Below, one piece after another: positions 32,127-42,248 of a DNA stretch of 64,000 nt. The notes under the pieces were generated by a model. It ran no database searches, was not told the DNA's origin, and worked only from the letters and a program-made list of their open reading frames with translations. Made by a program: the position numbers and the translations under genes. Position 1 is the stretch's first letter. Each line of letters starts with the position of its first letter. Origin of the DNA: a virus (lineage: Duplodnaviria; Caudoviricetes); the IMG/VR virus record IMGVR_UViG_3300035498_000654, positions 18,703 through 82,702 of that record; one strand, 5' to 3'.

Positions 32127-33380
32127 TTAAAATATGAACAAAACTTGTTTACTTTTAATTTCTTGCTTCATTCTATCACTACTTTTTAGGTTCATTTCTG
32201 AACGATCATCCATAGTTGGATAGTCCACAAGCTTAAATTCGGCTGTACTGCAACCTATTATTCTTTGGCCTTCTTCTAAAATATTTAATGCGGCATTGTA
32301 GTCTCTATCTATGATAGAACCGCAATCAGGACAAGTCCATTGTCTATCACTTAATTTAAGTGACTTATTAATAAAACCACAATGATTGCATCTTTTAGAG
32401 GAAGGATAGTATCTGTCGATAAAAACTAATCGTCTATTATACCATAGACTTTTGTATTCAAGTATTCTTCTAAATTTACCAAAATTCATTTCAGATATTG
32501 AATCTGAAAGCTTATGGTTTTTAACCATTCCTTTTACATTTAAGTCCTCCATACAAATGACTTGATTTTCATCAATTAATAAATTAGACACCTTATGCAA
32601 ATAGTTTGATTTACGATCTGTTATGACTTTATATACTTTCGCAAGTTTAATTCTTGCTTTGTTTCTATTATTGGATCCAACTTTCTTTTTGGAAAGCTGT
32701 CTTTGTAACTTCTTTATTTTCTTATACTCAGATTTCTTAAAGTGCAGATTTTCAAAGACTTCTCCTTCTGATGTTGTAATAAAATTCTTAACACCCAGAT
32801 CAATACCAATTATACTGTTAGTATTTTTGACTTTATGTAATAAGCCACCATCAACTAAAATTGATAGATAATACTCACCACAAGGTAGCTTACTTAAAGT
32901 TGCTGACTTTATATTAAGTTTGTTATCTTGAAGATATTTTGAGTATAATTTGCTACATTTAAATTTAATATCTCTTATGTTTGCAAGAGACAATCTATAT
33001 GATAGATAGTTATTACGTTTAGAAATGGCATTTATTGTAAATCTACAAGATTGTTTATTATCATGCTTTGATTTAAACTTTGGATAACCATTATGTTGGA
33101 TAAAGAACCTTTTATAAGCATTCAACATATCCATTATTGATTGTTGAAGAACATTTGTATTTTGTTCTTTCAGCCATATAAATTCTGGATTATTAATTAA
33201 ATCATGATGAAACCAATAACTAAGAGAAGTTAAATTTTCTGTTTTCTTTTCAGCTTTATAAAATTCAATTTTACGAGCAAGACATTGATTATAAACAAAA
33301 CGACAACAACCAAGAAGTTTGTTAATTTGAACTTCTTGAGTCTTATTTGGATATAATCTTATTTTTATTGCTCTTAGCAT
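32127..33380 (-). CDS. tnpB: TnpB RNA-guided endonuclease
   Basis: HTH, GIDLG/MEDL/DRDYNAA RuvC triad, Zn finger; right end ttttaatatact abuts the ATG of the R-M gene. Confidence 0.92.
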   Translation of the reverse strand: MLRAIKIRLYPNKTQEVQINKLLGCCRFVYNQCLARKIEFYKAEKKTENLTSLSYWFHHDLINNPEFIWLKEQNTNVLQQSIMDMLNAYKRFFIQHNGYPKFKSKHDNKQSCRFTINAISKRNNYLSYRLSLANIRDIKFKCSKLYSKYLQDNKLNIKSATLSKLPCGEYYLSILVDGGLLHKVKNTNSIIGIDLGVKNFITTSEGEVFENLHFKKSEYKKIKKLQRQLSKKKVGSNNRNKARIKLAKVYKVITDRKSNYLHKVSNLLIDENQVICMEDLNVKGMVKNHKLSDSISEMNFGKFRRILEYKSLWYNRRLVFIDRYYPSSKRCNHCGFINKSLKLSDRQWTCPDCGSIIDRDYNAALNILEEGQRIIGCSTAEFKLVDYPTMDDRSEMNLKSSDRMKQEIKSKQVLFIF

Positions 33381-33444
33381 TGTTTTTATCTTGTTATTTT
33401 ATAAAAATGTCCAGAATATTATTCAACTATTTCCTATACCAAAA

Positions 33445-34062
33445 TTATTCCTGATTTTTAACATTCATTAATGATGACATTGAATGCGATAATGCATCCA
33501 TTGCATTTTTCACATCACCCAAAATAAATTGGTTAAATACTCGAAGTTTAATTTGATTATATAGTTTATTTAAATCACCATCATTAACCAATATGGTATC
33601 TGGTTTATATCCTAATTCTTCTAATGTAATTTGTGATTCTTTACGAATATCATCTCTTTTTATTCTATCAGAATCTGTTGGATTATTTGGTCTTTCCATT
33701 TGACACCATATAACACGAATCTTATGTGCTTTATCAAGTTTATAAAGATCAATCAATCCGCGTTCATCAATCACATATGCATTATAAGTATCATTTTTCA
33801 ATTGATTGAAAGTTGTCCAATAATGATAACCACCAAAAAGTGTATATGCCATCATATCATCAGATTTTGGCATTTCATTTTCAGTTACAAAATAATGGTC
33901 AACACCATTAACTTCATCATCTCTTATAGGACGAGTTGTATATGAAATAATAGTGTTACAATAATGATTATCATTTAACCATTTTGCAACGGTTGTTTTT
34001 CCACATCCAGATGGTCCTACAATTGCTAACACTATTGGTATTTTAAAATCTTGAATATTCAT
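33445..34062 (-). CDS. gmk: Guanylate kinase
   Basis: IVGPSGCGKTT, ISYTTRPIRDDEVNGVDHYFV, YTLFGGYHYWT, VIDERG. Confidence 0.85.
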   Translation of the reverse strand: MNIQDFKIPIVLAIVGPSGCGKTTVAKWLNDNHYCNTIISYTTRPIRDDEVNGVDHYFVTENEMPKSDDMMAYTLFGGYHYWTTFNQLKNDTYNAYVIDERGLIDLYKLDKAHKIRVIWCQMERPNNPTDSDRIKRDDIRKESQITLEELGYKPDTILVNDGDLNKLYNQIKLRVFNQFILGDVKNAMDALSHSMSSLMNVKNQE

Positions 34063-34184
34063 ACTTTATAAATTATATTTCTTCCTTAATAATTATAGTA
34101 TAAAAATATTATTATGTTTAATTTATACCTTATAGGGTATAGTTATAATTAATATAATATAAATTATACCCTATAAGGTATATT

Positions 34185-35156
34185 TTATATCATTCTATTA
34201 ATTGCATTTACTCTTCTTTGATTATTCGTATTCTCTATAACTTTATGCATATAATTCACATACGAATTTTTATTTAATTTATTGTTATACAAATAAGAAA
34301 ATGGACCTATATCACTCATTTTATATTCCATATCTTGTTTATCAATTGGCTTCCAGTAATTTTCTAACAGATAATCATAAAGTTCATCTTTATTTTTATT
34401 GAATATATCCAAATCATTTATAACATGAATATCAAATGTAAATGGATCAAGTTGAATCCAAAATAGATTTGCATTTATATATTGACTACTTGGATGTTCA
34501 AATATTATAGAATATTCATCTAAGTCCTCTAAATTTTCTAAAGTTTCTAATTTAATTATCGGTTTATTCATTGTTACATATTCACATGTATAATCAGCTT
34601 TTTCTAATATTGGATATAATGTATCATTAACGAAATTTAAAAAATTTGAAAATTTAGATATACCTAAAGTAAGATATTCAATATATTTCATATTTTGAAA
34701 ATTGATGGCTCTATCAAATAATGTCAATGAATAATGCCTACCGTTATTATAATATTCATCATATTCAGGATTAACAAGTGCAATACAACGTTTTCCATTA
34801 GATTCAGTAAGCATATTACCATATATGTAAGACTCAACCTCAACTCTAATTACTGTACACTTATTAGGGTCTACTTGTAATTTATAATCTGGTTTATCAG
34901 AATGCAATATTAGCATTTGCTCGATATATTTTTTATATTCACCAGTTGGCTTAAAGAATATATGAACTTCCTTGTTATTAGGAGATATAAACGGCATCAT
35001 ATAATTATTATCAAAATCTAAATCATTGGCTGGTGACAATTCATATGATAAATCATAAGAATTTGCGTACTCTTTCAACAAATCATCATTAATCTGATAA
35101 TTCCGTTGTTTTAAGTAACATTCATAATCTTGATATGTTGAATTGTTTTCCCACAT
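34185..35156 (-). CDS. Hypothetical protein
   Basis: 323-aa ORF with host-type promoter upstream and hairpin downstream. Confidence 0.65.
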   Translation of the reverse strand: MWENNSTYQDYECYLKQRNYQINDDLLKEYANSYDLSYELSPANDLDFDNNYMMPFISPNNKEVHIFFKPTGEYKKYIEQMLILHSDKPDYKLQVDPNKCTVIRVEVESYIYGNMLTESNGKRCIALVNPEYDEYYNNGRHYSLTLFDRAINFQNMKYIEYLTLGISKFSNFLNFVNDTLYPILEKADYTCEYVTMNKPIIKLETLENLEDLDEYSIIFEHPSSQYINANLFWIQLDPFTFDIHVINDLDIFNKNKDELYDYLLENYWKPIDKQDMEYKMSDIGPFSYLYNNKLNKNSYVNYMHKVIENTNNQRRVNAINRMI

Positions 35157-35313
35157 ATTAATTAATATATTAATAATTTCTGGTGCGAAGATAATAAAAT
35201 TATTTGATATATAAAAATATTTTATGTAATTATTTTATATTTCTTCATAGAGGCCATTTAAATCATCTCTATCGCATTTATATGCTAAACTAATAAAACT
35301 ATCATCCGAATAG

Positions 35314-35353
35314 TTAGAATGCGATAGAGATGAAATAAAGGGCATTCTGGATG
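35314..35353. repeat. 40-bp dispersed direct repeat, copy 1 of 3 (others at 38401-38440 and 38648-38687)
   Basis: ttagaatgcga(t/g)agagatgaaataaagggcattctggatg; copy 1 differs by one base. Confidence 0.85.
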
Positions 35354-35486
35354 GTTTTAGGTTTTTAGATATAAAATATAATTTTATATATTATAAAAAT
35401 AAAAACAATATAATACTAAAGAACTAATGTGAAATTTTGTATTCCACAACAAATTTAAGAAAATCCCACTAAAAATAAGGTAATAT

Positions 35487-35925
35487 AATGTTAAACTTTA
35501 CTAAAGAGTAGTTAAACTTTGTTAAATAATAGACTTTTTGAATATATTAGTTAGACAACCAAAACTATATTATTTCAATATTAATCAAATAGTTAATTAT
35601 AATTTGAATAATTTTAATTGTTAAACTATGTTAAAGGCTCTCTAAAAAGTTTAGACAAATGTCGTTTTTTCTTGCTATAAGAGCTTGTAGGTTTTTTAAA
35701 AAAAGGAAAATATATTATTAAACTATATATAGGGTGAGAAAAATGATAGAAAATTAGTGAGGACAGACCCGAGAAAATTTAGGAGAATAAAAGAAACTAT
35801 AGGGATAGAAAATTAGTGAGGATAGTCCCGAGAAAATTTAGATATAAGAATGAGACTAAAGAAATAAAAAATAAAGAAACTATAGAGATAGGAAAATAGT
35901 AAAGATAGTCCTCGAAAATTTTAAA
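35487..35925 (+). repeat. Left arm of large non-coding inverted repeat (~250-bp core plus three iteron-like units)
   Basis: Reverse complement of 39120-39616; includes a 63-bp exact match (35675-35737 vs 39366-39428) and a 53-bp exact match. Confidence 0.85.
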
Positions 35926-35992
35926 TAATAAGTACATAAAATAAAAGTAAGGATAGAACCTCGAAAAAGTTCTATCCTTTTATTTTTATAGA

Positions 35993-37111
35993 TTAATTTC
36001 TTTTACCACTATTCCATTCTATATAATATAGAATAAATGTAGATATTATTGTTAATATTGATATAATTAATATTTGTGTTGTTGTTAAGTCAACAGAAAT
36101 ATAATTGAAATCTTTAAATTCTTTTCTTTTCCAATGTTTCAAATTACTTTCAATAAACTTACCATAATCATATAGATTTAATTTAGGATGATTAATGAAA
36201 TAATCCCTGGATTTTATTTCTAATATAGGTTTATCAGACCAACTGAATCCTCTACACCATGTAACAGAATCACCCTTTATACCTAAACATATTATTAATT
36301 CATTTTTGTTACCTTGATACCAATATGATTTTTGATATTCTGCAATTTCTGGTTTCTTATCTTTAAATAACAGAATATACATTCTAAATTGTTTTGATTG
36401 TCCATATTTAGAATTTAAAACTCTAATTTGATGTTCTTGCCAATATGGAACTTTCATTCCTATAATAGGTGATTGATCATAATTATCAGAATTAACTTTT
36501 GGATATTCATATAGACCTAAAGAATCAGCTTTTTCTTTAGATATTTTTGTATAACCTAATATAGTATATGGATTAGCTTTTATAGGATTCCAATAAGAAT
36601 GTGTATCAGTCAGGGTATACATATGTGTATCAATATTATCAAATGATGTAATATAAGCATCGCCATCTTTTGTATAATAATTACGATGCATATCTTTATA
36701 TACAGGTTCTGTTTTTAATCTATTATACATCCGTTTATACAAATCCTTGGAAATATAATGATCATAATCTTCAGTGTTTGATTTATATGAATACTTTTCT
36801 GAATGATATTCTATTTCCGTTGTTGTATAAGTTTCTTCACGTGTTTTACCATCAGAATCTGTATATGTTCTGGTTTTGGTTACTGTCACCTCTTCATTCC
36901 ATGGTTCATAATATGTAATTTGTGTTACATATGACCCATAATATTCTGTTGACGAACCATGTAAACCTTTACAACACACAAATGCAATAAAGAATATACA
37001 CCATGGTATTAATATTATTGGAATAATTTTTTGATATATGTTATCTGTTTTATTGTAATACCAAAATATAATAGCTGCAATAACAGGTACTAATAAAAGT
37101 AAAAAAATCAT
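35993..37111 (-). CDS. Membrane protein (N- and C-terminal TM helices)
   Basis: Hydrophobic termini around a large soluble domain; co-oriented with the LemA-like gene. Confidence 0.7.
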   Translation of the reverse strand: MIFLLLLVPVIAAIIFWYYNKTDNIYQKIIPIILIPWCIFFIAFVCCKGLHGSSTEYYGSYVTQITYYEPWNEEVTVTKTRTYTDSDGKTREETYTTTEIEYHSEKYSYKSNTEDYDHYISKDLYKRMYNRLKTEPVYKDMHRNYYTKDGDAYITSFDNIDTHMYTLTDTHSYWNPIKANPYTILGYTKISKEKADSLGLYEYPKVNSDNYDQSPIIGMKVPYWQEHQIRVLNSKYGQSKQFRMYILLFKDKKPEIAEYQKSYWYQGNKNELIICLGIKGDSVTWCRGFSWSDKPILEIKSRDYFINHPKLNLYDYGKFIESNLKHWKRKEFKDFNYISVDLTTTQILIISILTIISTFILYYIEWNSGKRN

Positions 37112-37214
37112 GATAATGTATTGTTATTTAACAAATTAAAGGTTGATCTCTATTTATGAGTAGAACCAACCTTTAATCAATGAATAATTTTATCTATAGA
37201 ACAATTTAAAATAT

Positions 37215-37760
37215 TTATTTCTTAAAAATATCAACGTCATCATCAAGTCCAGTTGTCATAACTGTTTTACTTCTGGTTGATGATACTGTTGTATATTCAA
37301 TATCTGATGTGTCAGAAATAAACCATTTACCTGGATATGTTTCACAGAGTGTTTTATGTTCCCTAATAATATCCAAAACGCGTTCTTGTGATTTTTGGAA
37401 TTCTGTTCTATAAACTTCGATACTTTCTGACAAATCTTTATAGACAGAAGAATCAAATTCAGGATTAGACTCTTTAATCCATTTCATCAAAGAACCATCA
37501 TCTGTTGCATATCGTTCTGACATGATATGTGTATATACAGAATCAAAAGCTTCTTTATACTGATCTGTTACATCAGCTTTTTGCTGAATGATTTTCCACA
37601 TCTTATCATGTGTTGCTTCAATCTTTTCGATTTGTGCACTTGCTTGATTTCTCAAACTTACTTCATTGTTGTTATAACTAAAATAACAACAGAAACACCA
37701 TGCAATAATGCAACCAACAATAATGATTGCACAAATTAGAATTTTCTTATTATTTGACAT
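37215..37760 (-). CDS. LemA-like membrane-anchored helical protein
   Basis: N-terminal TM, then YNNNEVSLRNQ..IE..HDKMWKIIQQ helical pattern ending in a FP/YPG.WF-like segment. Confidence 0.5.
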   Translation of the reverse strand: MSNNKKILICAIIIVGCIIAWCFCCYFSYNNNEVSLRNQASAQIEKIEATHDKMWKIIQQKADVTDQYKEAFDSVYTHIMSERYATDDGSLMKWIKESNPEFDSSVYKDLSESIEVYRTEFQKSQERVLDIIREHKTLCETYPGKWFISDTSDIEYTTVSSTRSKTVMTTGLDDDVDIFKK

Positions 37761-38046
37761 TTTTTCTATTTTTATATAAAGTTATTAAAATTGCAATTAA
37801 TATACCAATAGTTTCTGACAATAGATTATACCAATCAAATAATCCATATGATAGCATATAAAAAATTTCTTTATCAATACCAATGAATAGAATTATCATT
37901 GTTGATACTATTAGTTTCTTATTAAATGATTTTGTTTTTAAGATTTCAAAAACAAATACAAATAAAATTTGAGAAACTAATACATGCAAATAATATTCTG
38001 CTGGAATTAAATTTAATTGATAATATATATTTTTAATTATTTCCAT
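37750..38046 (-). CDS. Small multi-TM membrane protein
   Basis: Three hydrophobic segments; overlaps the next gene by 11 nt. Confidence 0.6.
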   Translation of the reverse strand: MEIIKNIYYQLNLIPAEYYLHVLVSQILFVFVFEILKTKSFNKKLIVSTMIILFIGIDKEIFYMLSYGLFDWYNLLSETIGILIAILITLYKNRKNVK

Positions 38047-38327
38047 TAATCAATAGATTCTTCTTCAACATAATTATCATCTAAATCATTATTAATATTA
38101 GATGAATTTTTTGTTTTGAGGCACCAACATTCTGGTGAATGTATAAAAATTTGTGTTGCATAACCAGGATTCATAAGGAATTCATGTTTATTACCATGAA
38201 TAACCAATGTGTCACATGTTACTCTAAGAAAATGTCCTTCTGTTGATTTTATATGTTCTTTATTTCGCATGCAAGATGATGTTATCATTATCAATAACGA
38301 AAATACTATAATAAAAATTTTCTTCAT
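38046..38327 (-). CDS. Putative lipoprotein
   Basis: MKKIFIIVFSLLIMITSSC signal peptide/lipobox. Confidence 0.6.
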   Translation of the reverse strand: MKKIFIIVFSLLIMITSSCMRNKEHIKSTEGHFLRVTCDTLVIHGNKHEFLMNPGYATQIFIHSPECWCLKTKNSSNINNDLDDNYVEEESID

Positions 38328-38799
38328 ATATTAAAATAATTATTTAAATTAATTCTAAGACAGTTTAACAGCACAGATATAGATTTTATCATCTGGATAG
38401 TTAGAATGCGAGAGAGATGAAATAAAGGGCATTCTGGATGATTTTAGACATCGAATACCTTATTACATATCTAATATCTATGTTATTCTATGTTTGTACG
38501 ATTATTTTCATATTATTTTTATGATGTTGCAAAGTTAAGTAAAATATTTGAAATATAAAAATTATTTTATAATAAAATTTAAAAATTTATTTAAATCAAT
38601 TCTAAGACAGTTTAATTACCAATATATAAAAACTATCATCTAAAGCCTTAGAATGCGAGAGAGATGAAATAAAGGGCATTCTGGATGATTTTACAAATTA
38701 CTGATGTAATCTACAAAATAAAAATAGCCAATAAAATGTATTTTTCCGGATTTACATTTTACTGGCTATTAAACAAACAACATAATACGTATTTAAAAA

Positions 38800-39096
38800 T
38801 CAATAATTATCTAAATCTAATTGGATAATATCAGGAGAACGATATTTTTTAAACGATACTTGTCTTAAATCAGGAAAAATATAATAATTAAAATCGGTAT
38901 CACCTAATTCATAACAATATTCCGGTTCAAAACCGTTTGACAATAGATCCCATAAAAATTGTTCTGCTGACTTAGGAGTATCTAAAACCTTTTTAATTAT
39001 TTTACCAATATATTCTGGAAAACCATCATGCGACATGAATAATGTTACTTCATGGCTGTTATCTTTAATAATATGCAATTTACATTCTGTACTCAT
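38800..39096 (-). CDS. Hypothetical protein
   Basis: 98-aa ORF with SHDGFPEYIG motif; hairpin downstream. Confidence 0.65.
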   Translation of the reverse strand: MSTECKLHIIKDNSHEVTLFMSHDGFPEYIGKIIKKVLDTPKSAEQFLWDLLSNGFEPEYCYELGDTDFNYYIFPDLRQVSFKKYRSPDIIQLDLDNY

Positions 39097-39119
39097 ACTT
39101 AATATTACTTTTTATATTG

Positions 39120-39616
39120 TTTAAAATTTTCGGGGACCATCCTTATTAATTTTCTATCCCTATAGTTTCTTTATTCTTTTATTCTATTTTCTTTATTTCT
39201 TATATCTAAAATTTTCCGGGACTATCCTCACTAATTTTATACCCAATAGTTTCTTTCTTATTTTTTATTTAGTCTCATTCCTATATCTAAATTTTCTCGG
39301 GACTATCCTCACTTTCTTTACAGTCTTTTATCTCTATTTTCTTTTCTTTTCTTATCTAAAAATTTTCACCCTATATATAGTTTAATAATATATTTTCCTT
39401 TTTTTAAAAAACCTACAAGCTCTTATAGTAAATTCCAGGGACATTTGTCTAAACTTTTTCTCTGGTCTTTAACATAGTTTAACAATTAAAAACTACGAAT
39501 TTGTTAATAACTATTTGATTAATATTTAAATAGTATAGTTTTGGTTGTCTAACCAATATGGCTAAAAAGTCTATTATTTAACAAAGTTTAACTACTCTTT
39601 AGTAAAGTTTAACATT
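39120..39616 (-). repeat. Right arm of large non-coding inverted repeat
   Basis: Three copies of gactatcctcact/aattttc..cggg units plus the core matching 35487-35737 in reverse. Confidence 0.85.
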
Positions 39617-39685
39617 TAAATTACTTAATTTTTGAGTTATATACAAGATTTTCATTAAAATTTTTCCAGAATAGGTTTTATTATC

Positions 39686-40105
39686 TCAACCACCATTTTT
39701 AGACATCACCATTCCACATTCAGTACAAAATATACAATTATCTGGTAGCCTCTCGATAAATTGATAATCTTTATTTTTAGCGTCCAGCATATCGATAATA
39801 ACATTATGTTTACAATTATCTTGTCTTACTTTGACCGCATTTATAATTTCAGATCTATCTTTATTATATTTCGAAAATTTATTGATAATATCCTTAATTT
39901 TATGATTATCCTCATCAGAAAGAATAATGCCAAAATCTTCAAGGATTTTTATGGATGTATCAAGATGAAATTTAATAGATTCTACAGAGCTTAAATCATA
40001 ATATTTAAAATAATCATCAGACCATATATAATATGGTTCATTCCTAATTTTACTTATTAAAGAATTTTTATCTATAAGATTTGGATTAAGATCAAAATAA
40101 TTCAT
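39686..40105 (-). CDS. Hypothetical protein with C-terminal Zn ribbon
   Basis: CKH..CTECG; similar layout to the adjacent ORF. Confidence 0.6.
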   Translation of the reverse strand: MNYFDLNPNLIDKNSLISKIRNEPYYIWSDDYFKYYDLSSVESIKFHLDTSIKILEDFGIILSDEDNHKIKDIINKFSKYNKDRSEIINAVKVRQDNCKHNVIIDMLDAKNKDYQFIERLPDNCIFCTECGMVMSKNGG

Positions 40106-40120
40106 TGTTTCTATAAAAAT

Positions 40121-40522
40121 TTACCATTTTTTCCCACAGTATTCGCATATATAATCACCATAATTATTTTCATGGATTTCCGGATGCTTACAAATGTTTT
40201 GTTTTTCCATTAATATATTATTGTAATTATCACGATATGATTTATATTTTTTATTATAATCTTGAATATATTCGGTAATTTTACATATTTGGTTATCTGT
40301 TAATTTTGTTCCACAGATTTCTAAAAATTTTTGAATATCTTCAAAAAATACTTTATAATCATCTGGTTTTATAATTTTATCAAATGTATCATCTATTTGA
40401 TATTTGATAGATGAATATTTTTTAGATTTGAGACTATCTAATAATTCATTAATCTGTTTATCGGAAATGTTATTTGTTAATTCAAATTGATTATTTGAAT
40501 AATGTAATTTATAATCACTCAT
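40121..40522 (-). CDS. Hypothetical protein with C-terminal Zn ribbon
   Basis: CKH..CEYCGKKW; host-type promoter at 40579-40600. Confidence 0.6.
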   Translation of the reverse strand: MSDYKLHYSNNQFELTNNISDKQINELLDSLKSKKYSSIKYQIDDTFDKIIKPDDYKVFFEDIQKFLEICGTKLTDNQICKITEYIQDYNKKYKSYRDNYNNILMEKQNICKHPEIHENNYGDYICEYCGKKW

Positions 40523-40663
40523 AATCTTAAACTTTTATTAAATTAATACTATAATTAATGTGAGATTTTATCACGCCACAAAGGTAAGTAAAATATTTGA
40601 AACTTAAAAATATTTCTTCCTAAAAATTCGATTAAATATTTAAATTTATGTTTTCATTTAAAA

Positions 40664-41224
40664 ATGAATGATGATTATAAGAAATATCATAAACCAGTAA
40701 TCGATTCTGATAAAGTTAAATTTCATCAAGGATACTATTATCCAAAGCATCCTGAAAAATGTTTAACAAAGGAAAATGTTTATAGGTCTGGTTGGGAATA
40801 TTTCTTTATGAGATATTGTGATGATTCTCCTAATATAGTAAGGTGGGCAAGCGAACCTGTTAAAGTTCAATATTTGAATCCGGTTGCTAATATGCAGAAA
40901 TGTGTCAAAGAAGGATTGGATCCTTAGAATCCGTTAAATTGGAAAGTTTGTAATTATTATACAGATTTCTGGATTGAAATGAAAGGATAGAATAATACAA
41001 TAAGAAAAATTTTTATAGAGATTAAACCTTATGCTCAGACATAGCAACCAAAACCAATTAATGAAAATGCATCTATGAAAGAACATAAACGTTATAATAG
41101 AGAAGCAGAAACTTATTTGGTTAATATACAAAAATGGAAAGCTGCCACTAAAGAATTTCAATCCAGAGGAGCTGAATTTATGGTTGTCACTGAAAAAACC
41201 TTAAAGAAGCTTGGCATGGAATAA
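40664..41224 (+). CDS. gp4: Head-completion nuclease, T4 gp4-like (186 aa, 3 in-frame TAG)
   Basis: YRSGWE..CDDSPNIVRWASE..YYTDFWI..IEIKPYAQT*QP..NIQKWKAA..FMVVTE matches gp4 only with TAG read-through. Confidence 0.85.
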
Positions 41225-41257
41225 TATTATAAAAATATAAATTTCTCAATACGAATT

Positions 41258-41713
41258 ATGATTTCAGAAAAGAAGATGGATAAAATAATCAGAGAAACAT
41301 ATACATTATTATATAAGTATGCATATCCAAGTGCAGACTTTAACTCTTTATGCGAAAATTGTTGCACATATAGAGATAGAAATAATGATGATAAATTAAT
41401 AACACTTGATAAACCATTATCCATTAATGAATGTAAACTTCGGAATTATACAAAGGATCTTCAGTATGATAGATTTTTTCTACCACATGAAGTAATGGTT
41501 AATATAATAGAGAAACAAAAGAAATTATATAAAATACCGTCATGGCAAGCTAAACAATTTGATTGGTGTATGTATTTAGGTGCTGGGCCAACATCAGGAT
41601 ATAATTCATGGAAAATATATCATCCAGGTGTTTCTTTAACTGATTTACAACAAATTGTGGATAATACTGATTATGGTGAATATAAACCTGAAAAGCAAAT
41701 AATTGTTAAATAA
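41258..41713 (+). CDS. Hypothetical protein
   Basis: 151-aa ORF. Confidence 0.6.
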   Translation: MISEKKMDKIIRETYTLLYKYAYPSADFNSLCENCCTYRDRNNDDKLITLDKPLSINECKLRNYTKDLQYDRFFLPHEVMVNIIEKQKKLYKIPSWQAKQFDWCMYLGAGPTSGYNSWKIYHPGVSLTDLQQIVDNTDYGEYKPEKQIIVK

Positions 41714-41781
41714 TTAATTTATATTTTGCTATATCGGAGATTATACTTAACTTTGTACTGTTAAAATTAAAAACAACAAAT

Positions 41782-42240
41782 ATGTATAACATTACAGACA
41801 AAGTCAGAGAGCTTCTTGGTCAAGCCCCTAAACAAAAACCAAACCCTTATACAGTATTGAATACCTCAACAGGTATATCAGCTAAGTCTGCATATATGCG
41901 CACCAAGTATGGAATGGATACTACACAAACCGCACTATTGAAGAAATTCTTTAATGATGTGAATTCTTTGGTTGCTGCTAAGAGTCTTGATGGTTCATAC
42001 TGCTGTATGATAGAAATTGATAAAGACATTAAACAATTTATTCCTGAAATCATTGAGCATTTCCAAAATAAACTTGGTTATACATTGGTTGTTATTGATA
42101 GAGATACTGTCATTACCAATAAGGTAACAGGTGATAACAAACAACTTGATATTGCAAGTGATTCAGCATTTGTTATCCTTATGTGGAGTAATGCATTTAT
42201 TTCTGATGTTGAATCTTCAAAAGTAACAGAAGAAAAATAA
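41782..42240 (+). CDS. Hypothetical protein
   Basis: 152-aa ORF with TAACTTTG promoter element upstream. Confidence 0.65.
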   Translation: MYNITDKVRELLGQAPKQKPNPYTVLNTSTGISAKSAYMRTKYGMDTTQTALLKKFFNDVNSLVAAKSLDGSYCCMIEIDKDIKQFIPEIIEHFQNKLGYTLVVIDRDTVITNKVTGDNKQLDIASDSAFVILMWSNAFISDVESSKVTEEK

Positions 42241-42248
42241 AAAATCTA

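Noticed and set aside
35745-35925. Repeat units as a CRISPR array (also 39120-39315 and the 40-bp repeats)
   Set aside because: Only three degenerate units per arm, spacers are low-complexity and similar to each other, spacing is irregular and no cas genes are in the window.
39200-39312. ggactatcctc shared between iteron-like units and the omega-RNA scaffold (43729-43739)
   Set aside because: Only ~11 nt with no flanking similarity; compatible with chance.
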